Below, piece by piece: positions 19,469 to 29,251 of a stretch of DNA of 64,000 nt (positions are counted from its first letter, which is position 1; each line of letters starts with the position of its first letter). The notes below the pieces were generated by a model. It had not been told where the DNA came from, ran no database searches, and was given only the letters and a program-made list of their open reading frames with translations. The stretch is from an uncultured Clostridia bacterium (GTDB lineage Bacteria; Bacillota; Clostridia; TANB77; CAG-508): positions 57-64,056 of the forward strand of contig CAKPHD010000002.1 of the NCBI GenBank assembly GCA_934155625.1. Reading direction: 5' to 3'. The translations under genes and the position numbers were made by a program.

Positions 19469-19497
19469 ATTATAAGACATATATGAGTTTTTTGCAA
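19469..19497 (-). promoter_or_regulatory. Sigma-A-type promoter of T4SS island A
   Basis: On the minus strand: TTGCAA, 17-nt spacer, TATAAT, about 90 nt upstream of the pilin start. Confidence 0.5.
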
Positions 19498-19597
19498 GTT
19501 TTTTCTAAAAATTTTGTCATTTTTGTTGTTTTTTAGCAATATTTCTAATATTCGGATACAAAAAAACACCAAATTTCAATAATCTAGTGTTAATTCT

Positions 19598-19687
19598 TGG
19601 CGGAGATGAGAGGGTTCGAACCTCCGCGCCGTGTTACCGACCTAACTGTTTAGCAAACAGTCCCCTTCACCACTTGGGTACATCTCC
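19598..19687 (-). tRNA. tRNA-Ser (anticodon GCT)
   Basis: Reverse complement folds as a class II tRNA. Acceptor GGAGATG/CATCTCC, anticodon stem ACTGT/ACAGT with loop TTGCTAA, long variable arm, GGTTCGAAC T-loop, CCA end. Confidence 0.9.
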
Positions 19688-19759
19688 AAATATTGGTTGT
19701 CAAACAATTAATAGTGAAAAACATATCATTTTGTGTAATGATATGCCTTTCTATTTTAT

Positions 19760-19851
<92 letters not shown>

Positions 19852-19922
19852 ATATCAATAGACAAATGTCCAGCGACAGTATTTATATTAGCACATTTTA
19901 CTGTCGCTTGTCAATACTTTTT

Positions 19923-20804
19923 TTAATTTTCTTTAATTAAATTTAGCATTCTCTCTAAATCTTCATTATTATGATATTCTATAATAATTTTTCCTTTTCT
20001 TTTTCCTTGATCTAATTTTACTTTTGTACCAAAAAATCCTTGGAATTTGTCTTCTATATCTTCATATAAGTATTTATATTTTGGATCTAATTTTTTTTCT
20101 CTTTTTGTTATTCTGTTCTTACTTTCAGCTTGTCTTACAGATTCTCCTTTTTCAATCATTCTTATTGCTGCTTCATATTGACGTTTAGGATCACTTATTC
20201 CAGCTAAAGCCTTGCAATGTCCTTCTGTAAGTTTACCCTGTTTTACTAATTCTAATACATCTGGAGCTAAATATAATACTCTGACTGTGTTTGACACACT
20301 GCTTCTGCTTTTTCCTATTTTTTTAGAAACCTCTTCTTGCGTTAATCCATATTTGTCCATCAAGCTTCTAATCCCTAAAGCTTTTTCATATGGATTTAAA
20401 TCTTCTCTTTGAATATTTTCTATTAAAGAGATTTCTCTGTTAGTTTGCTCATCAGATTCTCTAATTATTGCAGGTATTTCTGCTAATCCCGCTAATTTAG
20501 CTGCTCTCCATCTTCTTTCTCCTGCTACAATTGCATAATATCCATCTTCTCTTGATACTACAATTGGTTGTATTACTCCATATTCTTTAATTGATTCTGA
20601 TAATTCTTCTAAAGCTTCTTGATTAAAATTTTTTCTTGGCTGTTCTCTATTTGGCTCTACTTCTGTTATTTTTAATGTTTTTAAATTTTTACTATCTTCT
20701 AATTCTTCCGTTTCTACAGATCCTTCCATTTGTACATCTAATGGAGAACCTCCAAATAATGCATCTAGTCCTTTTCCTAATCCTGTCATCTTTGCCTTTG
20801 CCAT
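19923..20804 (-). CDS. parB: Chromosome partitioning protein ParB/Spo0J
   Basis: 293 aa with IQPIVVSREDGYYAIVAGERRWRAAKLAGL and an HTH segment (TQEEVSKKIGKSRSSVSNTVR). Confidence 0.9.
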   Translation of the reverse strand: MAKAKMTGLGKGLDALFGGSPLDVQMEGSVETEELEDSKNLKTLKITEVEPNREQPRKNFNQEALEELSESIKEYGVIQPIVVSREDGYYAIVAGERRWRAAKLAGLAEIPAIIRESDEQTNREISLIENIQREDLNPYEKALGIRSLMDKYGLTQEEVSKKIGKSRSSVSNTVRVLYLAPDVLELVKQGKLTEGHCKALAGISDPKRQYEAAIRMIEKGESVRQAESKNRITKREKKLDPKYKYLYEDIEDKFQGFFGTKVKLDQGKRKGKIIIEYHNNEDLERMLNLIKEN

Positions 20805-20837
20805 ATCTATTTCCCCCTAATCTAATATTTTTATATT

Positions 20838-21608
20838 TTATTTTGGTTGTACATTATTTTTCAAAAATTCTTTTGATAGTTTTTCGTACGCTTTTGCCCC
20901 TTTTGACCTAGGATCATAAAGTGATATTGGCATACCATAACTTGGTGCTTCGCTTAGCCTTACATTTCTTGGTATTACTGTCTTATATACTTTTCCTTCA
21001 AAGTATTTTTTTACTTCTTTTACTACTTGATTAGAAAGGTTTGTTCTAGCATCATACATAGTTAATAATGCTCCTTCAATTTCTAAGTTTTTATTTAAGT
21101 GTTTTTTCACTAAATTTACAGTATTTAACAATTGTCCTAATCCTTCAAGTGCAAAGTATTCACATTGTACTGGTATTAATACTGTATCAGATGCTGTAAA
21201 CGCATTTAATGTTATTAGTCCTAAAGATGGTGGACAATCTATTAATATGTAATCAAATTTGTCTTTTATTTCGTCTAATTTTACTTTTAATCTTTGTTCT
21301 CTTGACATCATTGATACAAGCTGTACTTCAGCCCCAGCCAAACTAATGTTTGATGGACATACGCTTAAATTTTTGATTGCTGTCTTTTCTATTGTTTCTT
21401 CAAATGTTGTGTCTCCTACTAATATGTCATACACTGATAATTCTAGCTCTTTTGTTACTCCTAGTCCACTTGTTGCATTTCCTTGTGGATCTGTGTCTAT
21501 TAATAATACTTTTTTTCCTTTTTTGGCTAGTAATGTACTTAAATTTACTGTTGTTGTTGTCTTTCCTACTCCACCTTTTTGGTTTGCTACTGATATTACT
21601 TTTCCCAT
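20838..21608 (-). CDS. soj: Chromosome partitioning ATPase ParA/Soj
   Basis: Deviant Walker A NQKGGVGKTTT, 256 aa, immediately upstream of parB. Confidence 0.9.
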   Translation of the reverse strand: MGKVISVANQKGGVGKTTTTVNLSTLLAKKGKKVLLIDTDPQGNATSGLGVTKELELSVYDILVGDTTFEETIEKTAIKNLSVCPSNISLAGAEVQLVSMMSREQRLKVKLDEIKDKFDYILIDCPPSLGLITLNAFTASDTVLIPVQCEYFALEGLGQLLNTVNLVKKHLNKNLEIEGALLTMYDARTNLSNQVVKEVKKYFEGKVYKTVIPRNVRLSEAPSYGMPISLYDPRSKGAKAYEKLSKEFLKNNVQPK

Positions 21609-21720
21609 TTTACGTCATTCCTTTCTTCTAGACATAAATCTTTTTCTTTTGACATTTATATAATATAAAATATTTATTAATAAGTCAATGCTTTTTTTAT
21701 TTTTTTATGAATTTTTACCT

Positions 21721-21902
21721 AAAGATTTTAAATATAAGTTTTTTATTACATTCCTCGGCTTATTACGAAATTTAAGAAATCCTAATTTATTTTATGGCTC
21801 CCTTCCACTCTCGTGAACTCTTTCCATAAAATTACATAGTATTTCTAAAATTTCTTCATGCACATTCATCATTTCATGCAAAACTTATATTTAAAAATCT
21901 TT
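21721..21902. repeat. 22-bp inverted repeat enclosing a ~135-nt insert that contains a 29-nt motif shared with 45283-45311
   Basis: AAAGATTTTAAATATAAGTTTT (21721-21742) pairs with AAAACTTATATTTAAAAATCTTT (21880-21902). Core ATTACATTCCTCGGCTTATTACGAAATTT at 21745-21773. Confidence 0.55.
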
Positions 21903-21929
21903 CTTAATATAAAATTAATAATAAACATC

Positions 21930-21960
21930 AAAAAAATGCCCCACATTCTCTGTGGAGCAT
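21930..21960 (-). terminator. rsmG terminator
   Basis: Minus strand ATGCTCCACAGAGAATGTGGGGCAT followed by TTTTTTT, directly after the rsmG stop. Confidence 0.6.
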
Positions 21961-21965
21961 TCTTT

Positions 21966-22688
21966 CTATTTTATAGGTTCTTTAGCTGGTGTACCAGGCT
22001 TTCTGGGATATTTTCCTGGAGTTTCTTTAATCTTATCTATTATAATAATAGTTCTACCAATATCACTTTGTGGTAAATTAAATTCTTCTATATTATTTAT
22101 ATTACCGCCTAAAGTTTTTATTGCTTTTTCTGCATCTTCTATTTCTTGTGAAGCATTTCCTGCTTTCATACTTATTGCTTTACCATTAATTTTAACCAAT
22201 GGCAACAAATATTCTGATAATGTTGCTAAATTTGCAACGGCTCTTGATGTAGCAATATCAAATTTTTCTCTATATTTTTTATTTCGTCCAAATTCTTCTG
22301 CTCTTGCGTGTACAAGCTCCACATTTTTCAAATTCAATTCGTTTATGACCTCTTGTAAAAAGATTAATCTTTTATTTAAAGAATCTACAAGCGTTATTTT
22401 TAATGTTGGATTCATTATGCTTAATGGTATTCCTGGAAATCCTGCCCCTGTTCCAACATCAACTACTGTTGAATTATCTTTTATGTCTTTTAAAATTGTA
22501 ATAGAATCAATAAAATGTTTTAAAATAATTTCATTTGGTTCAATTATAGCTGTTAAATTCATTTTTTCATTCCATTCTATTAATAAATTCATGTATTTAT
22601 AAAATTTATCCATTTGCTCCACAGAAAAACGAACACCCATTGTTCTAGCTTTTTCAAGGAGTCCCTCGTTAAATGTACTATGCTCCAT
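21966..22688 (-). CDS. rsmG: 16S rRNA (guanine527-N7)-methyltransferase
   Basis: 240 aa with SAM motif VVDVGTGAGFPGIPL. Conserved position next to mnmG. Confidence 0.9.
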   Translation of the reverse strand: MEHSTFNEGLLEKARTMGVRFSVEQMDKFYKYMNLLIEWNEKMNLTAIIEPNEIILKHFIDSITILKDIKDNSTVVDVGTGAGFPGIPLSIMNPTLKITLVDSLNKRLIFLQEVINELNLKNVELVHARAEEFGRNKKYREKFDIATSRAVANLATLSEYLLPLVKINGKAISMKAGNASQEIEDAEKAIKTLGGNINNIEEFNLPQSDIGRTIIIIDKIKETPGKYPRKPGTPAKEPIK

Positions 22689-22700
22689 ATTTTAATTCTC

Positions 22701-24569
22701 CTATCTTTTTGTTTGTAAATAAACAAGTAATACTGATATATCTGCTGGAGAAACTCCAGAAATTCTTGATGCTTGTCCTATTGAATGTGGTTTGTGTTTA
22801 TTTAGTTTTTGTCTAGCTTCTAAGCTTATTCCCTTTATTTCTTCATAATTTATATCTTCTGGTAATAATTTTTTCTCCATTTTTTTGAATTTTTCTACTT
22901 GTGCTTCTTGCATTTTAATATATCCGTCATATTTTACTTGAATTTCAACTTCTTCTCTTACTTGTTCTCTCAATTTTGGTCTATTTTCATCAATTGCTTC
23001 AAGAGAAGCATATGTAATTTCTGCTCTTTTTAACAATTCTGAAAGTTTTGAACCAGTTGTAAGCTCTGATGTTCCCTGTTTTTTTAGAAATTCATTGACT
23101 TTTTCAGTTGGTTTAACTACTGTTTCTTCTAATCTTTTCTTTTCTGCCTCAATTTCTTGTTTTTTCTCTAAAAATTTATTATATCTTTCATCGGAAATCA
23201 ATCCTATTTCATGTCCTTTTTCTGTTAAACGTAAATCTGCATTGTCTTGGCGTAAAAGTAGCCTGTATTCTGCTCTAGAGGTCATCATTCTGTATGGTTC
23301 ATTTGTCCCTTTTGTAACAATATCATCAATTAAAACCCCTATATATGCCTCTGTTCTATCTAAAATTAGTGGATCTTTACCTTTTATTTTTTGTGAAGCA
23401 TTTATTCCTGCAATTAAACCTTGGCAAGCAGCTTCTTCATATCCTGATGTTCCATTTGTTTGCCCTGCGAAGAATAATCCATCTATTTTCTTATATTCTA
23501 GTGATAATTTTAAATCTGCCGGATCAATACAATCATATTCTATTGCATATGCTGGACGTGTAAATTCACAATGTTCTAATCCAGGAATAGTCCTATACAT
23601 GGCTATTTGCACGTCTTCTGGCAATGAGGAACTCATTCCTTGTATATACATTTCATCTGTATCTATTCCGATTGGCTCTACGAAAACTTGATGTCTTTCT
23701 TTATCTGCAAATCTTACTACTTTATCTTCTATTGATGGGCAATATCTTGGCCCTGTTCCTGATATTTCTCCTCCATATAGTGGTGATCTATGTAAATTTT
23801 CTCTTATAATTCGGTGTGTTTCAGCATTTGTATATGTTAAATAACAATCTACTTGTTCAAAATCTTTCATTTTATCTTCAAATGAGAATGGTATTATTCC
23901 TTCATCCCCTTTTTGAACTTCCATTTTTGAAAAATCTATACTTTTTTTATTAATTCTTGCTGGTGTTCCTGTTTTAAATCTTATTAAATTTACACCTAAT
24001 TTTTTTAAACATTCAGATAGCTTATTCGCTGGAAATACGCCATCTGGTCCACTTTCTTTTGAAAAGTCTCCTATGAAAATTTTTCCTTTTAAATATGTTC
24101 CAGTTGCAACAATTATTGATTTTACATCATATATTGCCCCTACATCTGTTTCTATAGACTTTACTTTGTTATCTTTCAATGTTATGTTAACAATTTCTGC
24201 TTGTTTTAAATATAAATTTTCTTGTTTTTCTAATGTATGTTTCATTTCCATTTGATATCTTTTTCTGTCTGCTTGTGCCCTCAAAGAGTGTACTGCTGGG
24301 CCTTTTGAGGTATTTAACATTTTTATTTGTATCATTGTTTTATCTATATTTTTGCCCATTTCTCCACCAAGGGCATCAATTTCTCTTACTAAATGACCTT
24401 TGGAACTTCCACCTATGTGTGGATTACATGGCATATTTGCTACAGCCTCTAAGCTTAAAGAAAAGATTGCTGTTTTCATTCCAAGTCTTGCTGCAGCTAA
24501 TGCTGCTTCACATCCTGCATGTCCTGCACCAATAACTACTATATCATATTCACCTGCATAGTAACTCAT
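22701..24569 (-). CDS. mnmG: tRNA uridine 5-carboxymethylaminomethyl modification enzyme MnmG (GidA)
   Basis: 622 aa, FAD motif [34 protein letters not shown] motif. Confidence 0.95.
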   Translation of the reverse strand: MSYYAGEYDIVVIGAGHAGCEAALAAARLGMKTAIFSLSLEAVANMPCNPHIGGSSKGHLVREIDALGGEMGKNIDKTMIQIKMLNTSKGPAVHSLRAQADRKRYQMEMKHTLEKQENLYLKQAEIVNITLKDNKVKSIETDVGAIYDVKSIIVATGTYLKGKIFIGDFSKESGPDGVFPANKLSECLKKLGVNLIRFKTGTPARINKKSIDFSKMEVQKGDEGIIPFSFEDKMKDFEQVDCYLTYTNAETHRIIRENLHRSPLYGGEISGTGPRYCPSIEDKVVRFADKERHQVFVEPIGIDTDEMYIQGMSSSLPEDVQIAMYRTIPGLEHCEFTRPAYAIEYDCIDPADLKLSLEYKKIDGLFFAGQTNGTSGYEEAACQGLIAGINASQKIKGKDPLILDRTEAYIGVLIDDIVTKGTNEPYRMMTSRAEYRLLLRQDNADLRLTEKGHEIGLISDERYNKFLEKKQEIEAEKKRLEETVVKPTEKVNEFLKKQGTSELTTGSKLSELLKRAEITYASLEAIDENRPKLREQVREEVEIQVKYDGYIKMQEAQVEKFKKMEKKLLPEDINYEEIKGISLEARQKLNKHKPHSIGQASRISGVSPADISVLLVYLQTKR

Positions 24570-24725
24570 TTTATTTCTCCCTCCATTTTTTCATTTTACA
24601 TTATATTCTAGATTAGCTCTAATTCTTTTTATTTTCCTTTTATTTTGATTTTAACCTTTTTTGTGACAAGTTATATGTTTTTTGTTTTAAATCGTTTTAT
24701 TTTTGATTTTCACGTGTTATTTTTT

Positions 24726-26096
24726 CTACTTTCCTAAACAAAATTTTGAAAAAATTTCATTTATTATATCTTCAGTTACAACTTCACCTGTAATCTCTCC
24801 TAAATCTTCTAAAACATTTTTTATATAAATTGTTATAATGTCGATTGGTAAATTCATTTCTAATGCTTCTTTTGATTTTTTTACATTGTCAAAAGATTTA
24901 GAAATTATATTTTTGTGACGAATATTTGTAATTAATATATCATTATCTAAATTAATTTCGTTTAAATTAAACATATTTGAAATTTTTTCATATAATAAAT
25001 CTATTCCTGTTTTATTTAATACTGATATTTTTATAATATTATCAGTTATATCTGTAAATCTACTATCATTTTCATTAATTTTTGCATTTAAATCTGATTT
25101 ATTTAATAAAATAATAGATTTTTTATTTTTAATTAATTCAAGTATTTCTAAGTCTTCATCTGTCAAATCCTTAGAGCTATCAAAGATTGCTATAATTAAA
25201 TCAGCATCTTTTGCTTGTTTTATTGATTTCTCTACACCTATTTTTTCTACTTCATCAGAAGATTCTCTTATTCCTGCTGTATCTACTAGATTTAGCGGAA
25301 TGCCGTTTATTGTAACAAATTCTTCTATTGTATCTCTTGTAGTCCCTGCAATATCTGTTACAATAGCCCTATCTTCTTTTAAAATAGCATTTAAAAGTGA
25401 AGACTTACCTGCATTTGGCTTTCCTATTATTGCTGTTTTTATTCCATCTTTTATTATTTTTCCATTATCAAATGATTTTTCTAATTTTTCTAGCTTATTT
25501 CCTACGCTTTCAAGCATTTGCTTTATTTCCTGTTCTTGTACTTCTGGTGTGTCATATTCTGGATAATCTATTGTTACTTCAATATTTACTAATACATCTA
25601 ATATTTCTTGTTTTATCCCCTTAATCTCGCTTGATAAATACCCTTCTAGCTGTTTTATACCACTTTTTGCCTCTTTTTCTGATTTTGCATTTATTACATC
25701 TATAACTGATTCTGCTTGTGCTAAATCTATTCTTCCATTTAAAAATGCTCTCTTGGTGAATTCGCCCGGTTCCGCTAGTTCTGCACCATTTTTTAAACAC
25801 ATTTCTAATATTTTTTTTACTACTATATTTCCTCCATGTGAATTAATTTCGCACATATTTTCTGTTGTATAGCTTCTAGGTGCTTTAAAATACGATACTA
25901 ATACTTCATCTATTATTTCTTCATTTTCTACAATATGCCCATATTTTATGGTGTATCCTTTTATGTCTTCAATTTTTTGTACTGTTTTCGGCTGGAATAT
26001 TTTTCCTAATATTTCAAATGATTTTTCTCCACTCATTCTAATTATACCTATTCCGCCAATCCCTGGCGCAGTAGATATAGAAGCTATTGTACTCAT
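24726..26096 (-). CDS. mnmE: tRNA modification GTPase MnmE (TrmE)
   Basis: 456 aa, G1 GKPNAGKSSL, DTAGIR, NKSDL, C-terminal FCLGK. Confidence 0.95.
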   Translation of the reverse strand: MSTIASISTAPGIGGIGIIRMSGEKSFEILGKIFQPKTVQKIEDIKGYTIKYGHIVENEEIIDEVLVSYFKAPRSYTTENMCEINSHGGNIVVKKILEMCLKNGAELAEPGEFTKRAFLNGRIDLAQAESVIDVINAKSEKEAKSGIKQLEGYLSSEIKGIKQEILDVLVNIEVTIDYPEYDTPEVQEQEIKQMLESVGNKLEKLEKSFDNGKIIKDGIKTAIIGKPNAGKSSLLNAILKEDRAIVTDIAGTTRDTIEEFVTINGIPLNLVDTAGIRESSDEVEKIGVEKSIKQAKDADLIIAIFDSSKDLTDEDLEILELIKNKKSIILLNKSDLNAKINENDSRFTDITDNIIKISVLNKTGIDLLYEKISNMFNLNEINLDNDILITNIRHKNIISKSFDNVKKSKEALEMNLPIDIITIYIKNVLEDLGEITGEVVTEDIINEIFSKFCLGK

Positions 26097-26196
26097 TTTT
26101 TATTACCTCCTTATAAACAAAAAAGTCAAAGTTAATTTAACCAAATGCATTTATCTTCTGCATGATTAAAATCTGAACTTTGACTTCCGATTTTTA

Positions 26197-26868
26197 TTAT
26201 TTTTTTGAAATTACAATCCTTCTTTTTGGCTCTTGCCCTATACTTCTAGTTTCTACATTAGGATTTTCCTGTAGAAAACTATGAATAATTTTTCTTTCAT
26301 ATGCCTTCATTGGCTCTAATGTTATCATTTTTCCTGTTTTTTCTACAATTTTTGCCTTTTTCCCAGCTAATTCTTGTAATGTTTTTACTCTTTTTTCTTT
26401 ATATCCTTCAATGTCTAATCTAACAATTACTCTATTTTCTGACTTTTTATTAGCCATTACTTTTAATATACTTTCTAATGCATATAATGCCTCTCCCCTA
26501 TATCCTATAAGGCTTCCAACATTATCTCCTTTTATTGTTACATATAAACATTTTTCTTTAATTTCAATTTCATATTTTGTTCCATTATTAAGGTTTTTAA
26601 CAAATTCTGCTAAGAACTTATCTAGTTTTGTTTTTGCATTTTCTAGCTCTTGTTCTGTTGTTTCAATCTCAAATTCTTCAGGCTTTTTAGCTTCTTTTTC
26701 TTTTAATTCTACTTTTACTACTTTAGGAGCTAATATATCAAAAAAACTTTTTTTGTTTTCCTCTATTACCTTGATATCAACCAATTCTTTTGGCAAACCA
26801 ATCTCTTTAAGTCCCTTTTCTATTGCTTCTGATGTTGTTTTTCCTTCTGAAATTATACATTTTGCCAT
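26197..26868 (-). CDS. jag: Jag/KhpB RNA-binding protein (KH + R3H domains)
   Basis: 223 aa with a C-terminal R3H-like ERKIIHSFLQENPNVETRSIGQEPKRRIVI. Conserved position after yidC. Confidence 0.85.
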   Translation of the reverse strand: MAKCIISEGKTTSEAIEKGLKEIGLPKELVDIKVIEENKKSFFDILAPKVVKVELKEKEAKKPEEFEIETTEQELENAKTKLDKFLAEFVKNLNNGTKYEIEIKEKCLYVTIKGDNVGSLIGYRGEALYALESILKVMANKKSENRVIVRLDIEGYKEKRVKTLQELAGKKAKIVEKTGKMITLEPMKAYERKIIHSFLQENPNVETRSIGQEPKRRIVISKK

Positions 26869-26869
26869 A

Positions 26870-27805
26870 TTAATTTTCCTCCTCGTCTTTTAAAAGCTTG
26901 TTTAAAATTAATTTTTCTGCAATCATTAATAAACTATTCATTAACCAATATAATGCTAGTCCTAAAGGTGCTATAAGCGCTACGGCTAAGTACATTACAG
27001 GAAACATCATATTCATATTTTTATTCATTTGTTCCATTGGATCAAAGTCATCTTCTGGCTTTGTCAATGATTTTTCATCTTTATTTTCCTCTGTTTTTTC
27101 TTTTTTAGCCTTTTTGTTTGTATTGTTTACAACTCTTAGAGATATTATTGATACAAGTACATATAAAATTGGAATTATATATGCTTTCCAATCAGAACTT
27201 CTTGTTGGTACTTGTGCTAAATTAAGACCTAAGAAATCCATATTTATATATAAAGAATCTAATTCTTCATCATTTATTTCTGATAAATCTGTTTTTTCTT
27301 GTTGTTCAGCATTTTCTTCAACAGTTTTATTTTTTAATTCTCTTATATTTCCTAATTCTCTTATTATCTCTATTTCTGGATAAGCACTGTTTGTACTTAA
27401 ATCATTTTCTTTTATTATTTTAGTATATTTTTCTGTTACTCCACTATCAACCTTTTTCATATATGTAAGTGGTGAACGTACTAAATAAAATACTGCAAAT
27501 AATAAAATAATTTGTATTATTGCACTAAAACATCCACTAAATGGACTCATATTCTCAGATTTGTATAACTCTTGTGTTGCTTTATTCAACATTTCTGGGT
27601 TATTTTTATATTTGAATTGTATTTCTTTCATTTTTGATTGTATTTTTTGAGATTTTTTCATAGTCTTTTGCTGCTTTATCGATATAGGAATCATTAATAC
27701 TTTTACTAATATAGAAAAAATAATGATTGCTAATCCATAATTTTTAACTATTCCATAAATGAAATTTAATACATATCCAAATAAATTGGCAAAAAATGCT
27801 AGCAT
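26870..27805 (-). CDS. yidC: YidC/Oxa1-family membrane protein insertase
   Basis: 311-aa polytopic ORF in the rnpA-yidD-yidC-jag operon. Contains a charged low-complexity insert. Confidence 0.85.
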   Translation of the reverse strand: MLAFFANLFGYVLNFIYGIVKNYGLAIIIFSILVKVLMIPISIKQQKTMKKSQKIQSKMKEIQFKYKNNPEMLNKATQELYKSENMSPFSGCFSAIIQIILLFAVFYLVRSPLTYMKKVDSGVTEKYTKIIKENDLSTNSAYPEIEIIRELGNIRELKNKTVEENAEQQEKTDLSEINDEELDSLYINMDFLGLNLAQVPTRSSDWKAYIIPILYVLVSIISLRVVNNTNKKAKKEKTEENKDEKSLTKPEDDFDPMEQMNKNMNMMFPVMYLAVALIAPLGLALYWLMNSLLMIAEKLILNKLLKDEEEN

Positions 27806-27821
27806 ATACTACTGCCCCTTT

Positions 27822-28040
27822 CTATTTTAATGGGTCATATCCTCCTTTTGAAAAAGGATTACACTTTAATATCCTTATAGCTCCTAGCCAACACCCTTTT
27901 ATTACTCCATATTTTATTATGGCTTGTTTGGTATATTCTGAGCATGTAGGATAGTATTTGCACTTTATATTTCTATTATCTAAAAATTTGGATATATTTT
28001 TTTGATACCACTCAATTAAATATATACATATTTTTTTCAT
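27822..28040 (-). CDS. yidD: Membrane protein insertion efficiency factor YidD
   Basis: 72 aa with CKYYPTCSEYTKQAIIKYG, the YidD signature. Confidence 0.85.
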   Translation of the reverse strand: MKKICIYLIEWYQKNISKFLDNRNIKCKYYPTCSEYTKQAIIKYGVIKGCWLGAIRILKCNPFSKGGYDPLK

Positions 28041-28393
28041 ATTTCATCTTCTTTTTTTAAAATTTCTGCTTTTAAAAATATTTTTTTTATGTCTTCATTT
28101 ACTTCAGAAAATTTTAAGTTTTCTATAGGAAATTTTTTATTCATTAATATTACAATATTGTTTCCTTCTATTATACTGCTTTCTAGCTTTGAATAGCTTT
28201 CTCTTATTAGTCTTTTTGCTTTGTTTCTTTGGAAAGCTTTTCCATTTTTTGTTCCTATTGCAATTCCTAAATAATTCCTTTTTTTATTATTTTTTAAGAT
28301 AAATATTTCTATTTCTTTTCCTCTATAAAATTTTCCATTTGTTAAAACATTTTTAAATTCATAATTTTTTTTTAGTATTTCTGTTTTTTTCAT
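28037..28393 (-). CDS. rnpA: Ribonuclease P protein component
   Basis: 118-aa basic protein (…GKAFQRNKAKRLIRESY…) directly downstream of rpmH. Confidence 0.85.
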   Translation of the reverse strand: MKKTEILKKNYEFKNVLTNGKFYRGKEIEIFILKNNKKRNYLGIAIGTKNGKAFQRNKAKRLIRESYSKLESSIIEGNNIVILMNKKFPIENLKFSEVNEDIKKIFLKAEILKKEDEI

Positions 28394-28462
28394 ATTTTAC
28401 TCCATAATAAAGAGCATTCCTTATATAGAAATAACTAAAGGCCTAGACCTTTAGTTTGTTTA

Positions 28463-28597
28463 CTAAGCACAGATTTTTTTTCTTCCTTTTGCTCTTCTTG
28501 CTTTTAATATGTTTCTTCCTGCTCTTGTTGACATTCTTTTCATAAATCCATGTTCTTTATTTCTTTGTCTGTTTTTTGGTTGAAATGTTCTTTTCAT
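28463..28597 (-). CDS. rpmH: 50S ribosomal protein L34
   Basis: Hand translation of the minus strand gives [55 protein letters not shown] upstream. Below the ORF-track size cutoff. Confidence 0.9.
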   Translation of the reverse strand: MKRTFQPKNRQRNKEHGFMKRMSTRAGRNILKARRAKGRKKICA

Positions 28598-28640
28598 TAC
28601 TAATTGCACCTCCTAATTTTTTCTTATATATCAATTCCTT

Positions 28641-29227
28641 TGTGGAAATTTGTTACAAAATAACAAGTATATCGATTATACATCATGTTTTCCACATTTG
28701 TCAATACTTTTTGAAAAATTTCAGTTATAGTGTAATAATTTTCATTGATTTTGTTACATTTATCTATTTATTATAAAATTTAAGAACTTAATAATATATT
28801 GTTTTGAAATACCGCGTAAGCGACCAAATGAGCGAAGCGAATGCGATATGGAACAATCTACATACAAGCCTCTTTAATATGCAGATTGCGACAACAAGGT
28901 ATAAAAAAACAAAATATTATTAAGTTTCTAAATCTATTAAAAAAAATCATGAATTTTATAAAATTTTTACTTATAATTTTTCATTTTTTGTAATATTTTT
29001 GTCATAAAAGTATAGTTTTCCACAATTTTTTCATTCTTATCCACAGTTTTTTAAAAATTATCCACAAACATCTTGACTTATCATGTCATATTTTGATATT
29101 ATACTGAACAAGAATTGATAGGGGATTTATTATATTACTTACTAAAAATATTTGTTCGTATAAAATTCACTATTTATTACACAATTATTACAAAGTTATC
29201 CACACCTGTGGAAAACTTTGTGGATAA
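28641..29227. promoter_or_regulatory. oriC part 1: DnaA-box cluster upstream of dnaA
   Basis: TTATCCACA or one-mismatch boxes at 28641, 28688, 29016, 29037, 29058, 29196, 29207 and 29219, in both orientations. Confidence 0.8.
28787..28924 (+). repeat. Long-hairpin repeat, copy 1 (inside the rpmH-dnaA oriC spacer)
   Basis: CTTAATAATATATTGTTTT...AAAACAAAATATTATTAAG termini enclose GAAATACCGCGTAAGCGACCAAATGAGCGAAGCGAATGCGATATGGAACAATCTACATA-loop-TATGCAGATTGCGACAACAAGGTAT. Same element at 36206, 45406 and 49143. Confidence 0.85.
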
Positions 29228-29251
29228 CTTTATTTGAAAGGATGTTTTAAA

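Larger units (their letters stand above)
4876..19497 (-). mobile_element. T4SS (conjugation-like) gene island A adjacent to the tRNA-Ser pair; no coupling protein, relaxase or integrase seen
   Basis: Contiguous minus-strand block of VirB2-like, VirB3-like, VirB4, VirB6-like and cell-wall hydrolase genes (individual entries below), driven from a promoter at 19469-19497. Confidence 0.55.

Noticed and set aside
21815-21895. 25-codon minus-strand ORF (MNVHEEILEILCNFMERVHESGREP) inside the rsmG-soj hairpin element.
   Set aside because: It has no SD, and it is not conserved in the second copy of the motif at 45258-45341.
24700-24725. parS-like sequence TTTTCACGTGTTAT upstream of mnmE.
   Set aside because: Only the left half matches the TGTTNCACGTGAAACA consensus and the right half does not. 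A second candidate in the rsmG-soj spacer (TTCCACTCTCGTGAAC) has an insertion in the core. I could not find a convincing parS by eye.
28576-28776. 66-aa plus-strand ORF in the rpmH-dnaA spacer.
   Set aside because: It starts antisense to rpmH, spans DnaA boxes and has no RBS.
28830-28925. Short ORFs inside the hairpin repeat (MSEANA(I/K)W..., and MR.G.IYI... hydrophobic peptides) as possible small or toxin peptides.
   Set aside because: The reading frame and start codon are not conserved across the four copies: ATG becomes ACG in copy 2, and there are 1-nt indels in copies 2 and 4. No SD precedes them, and peptide lengths range from 12 to 56 aa.
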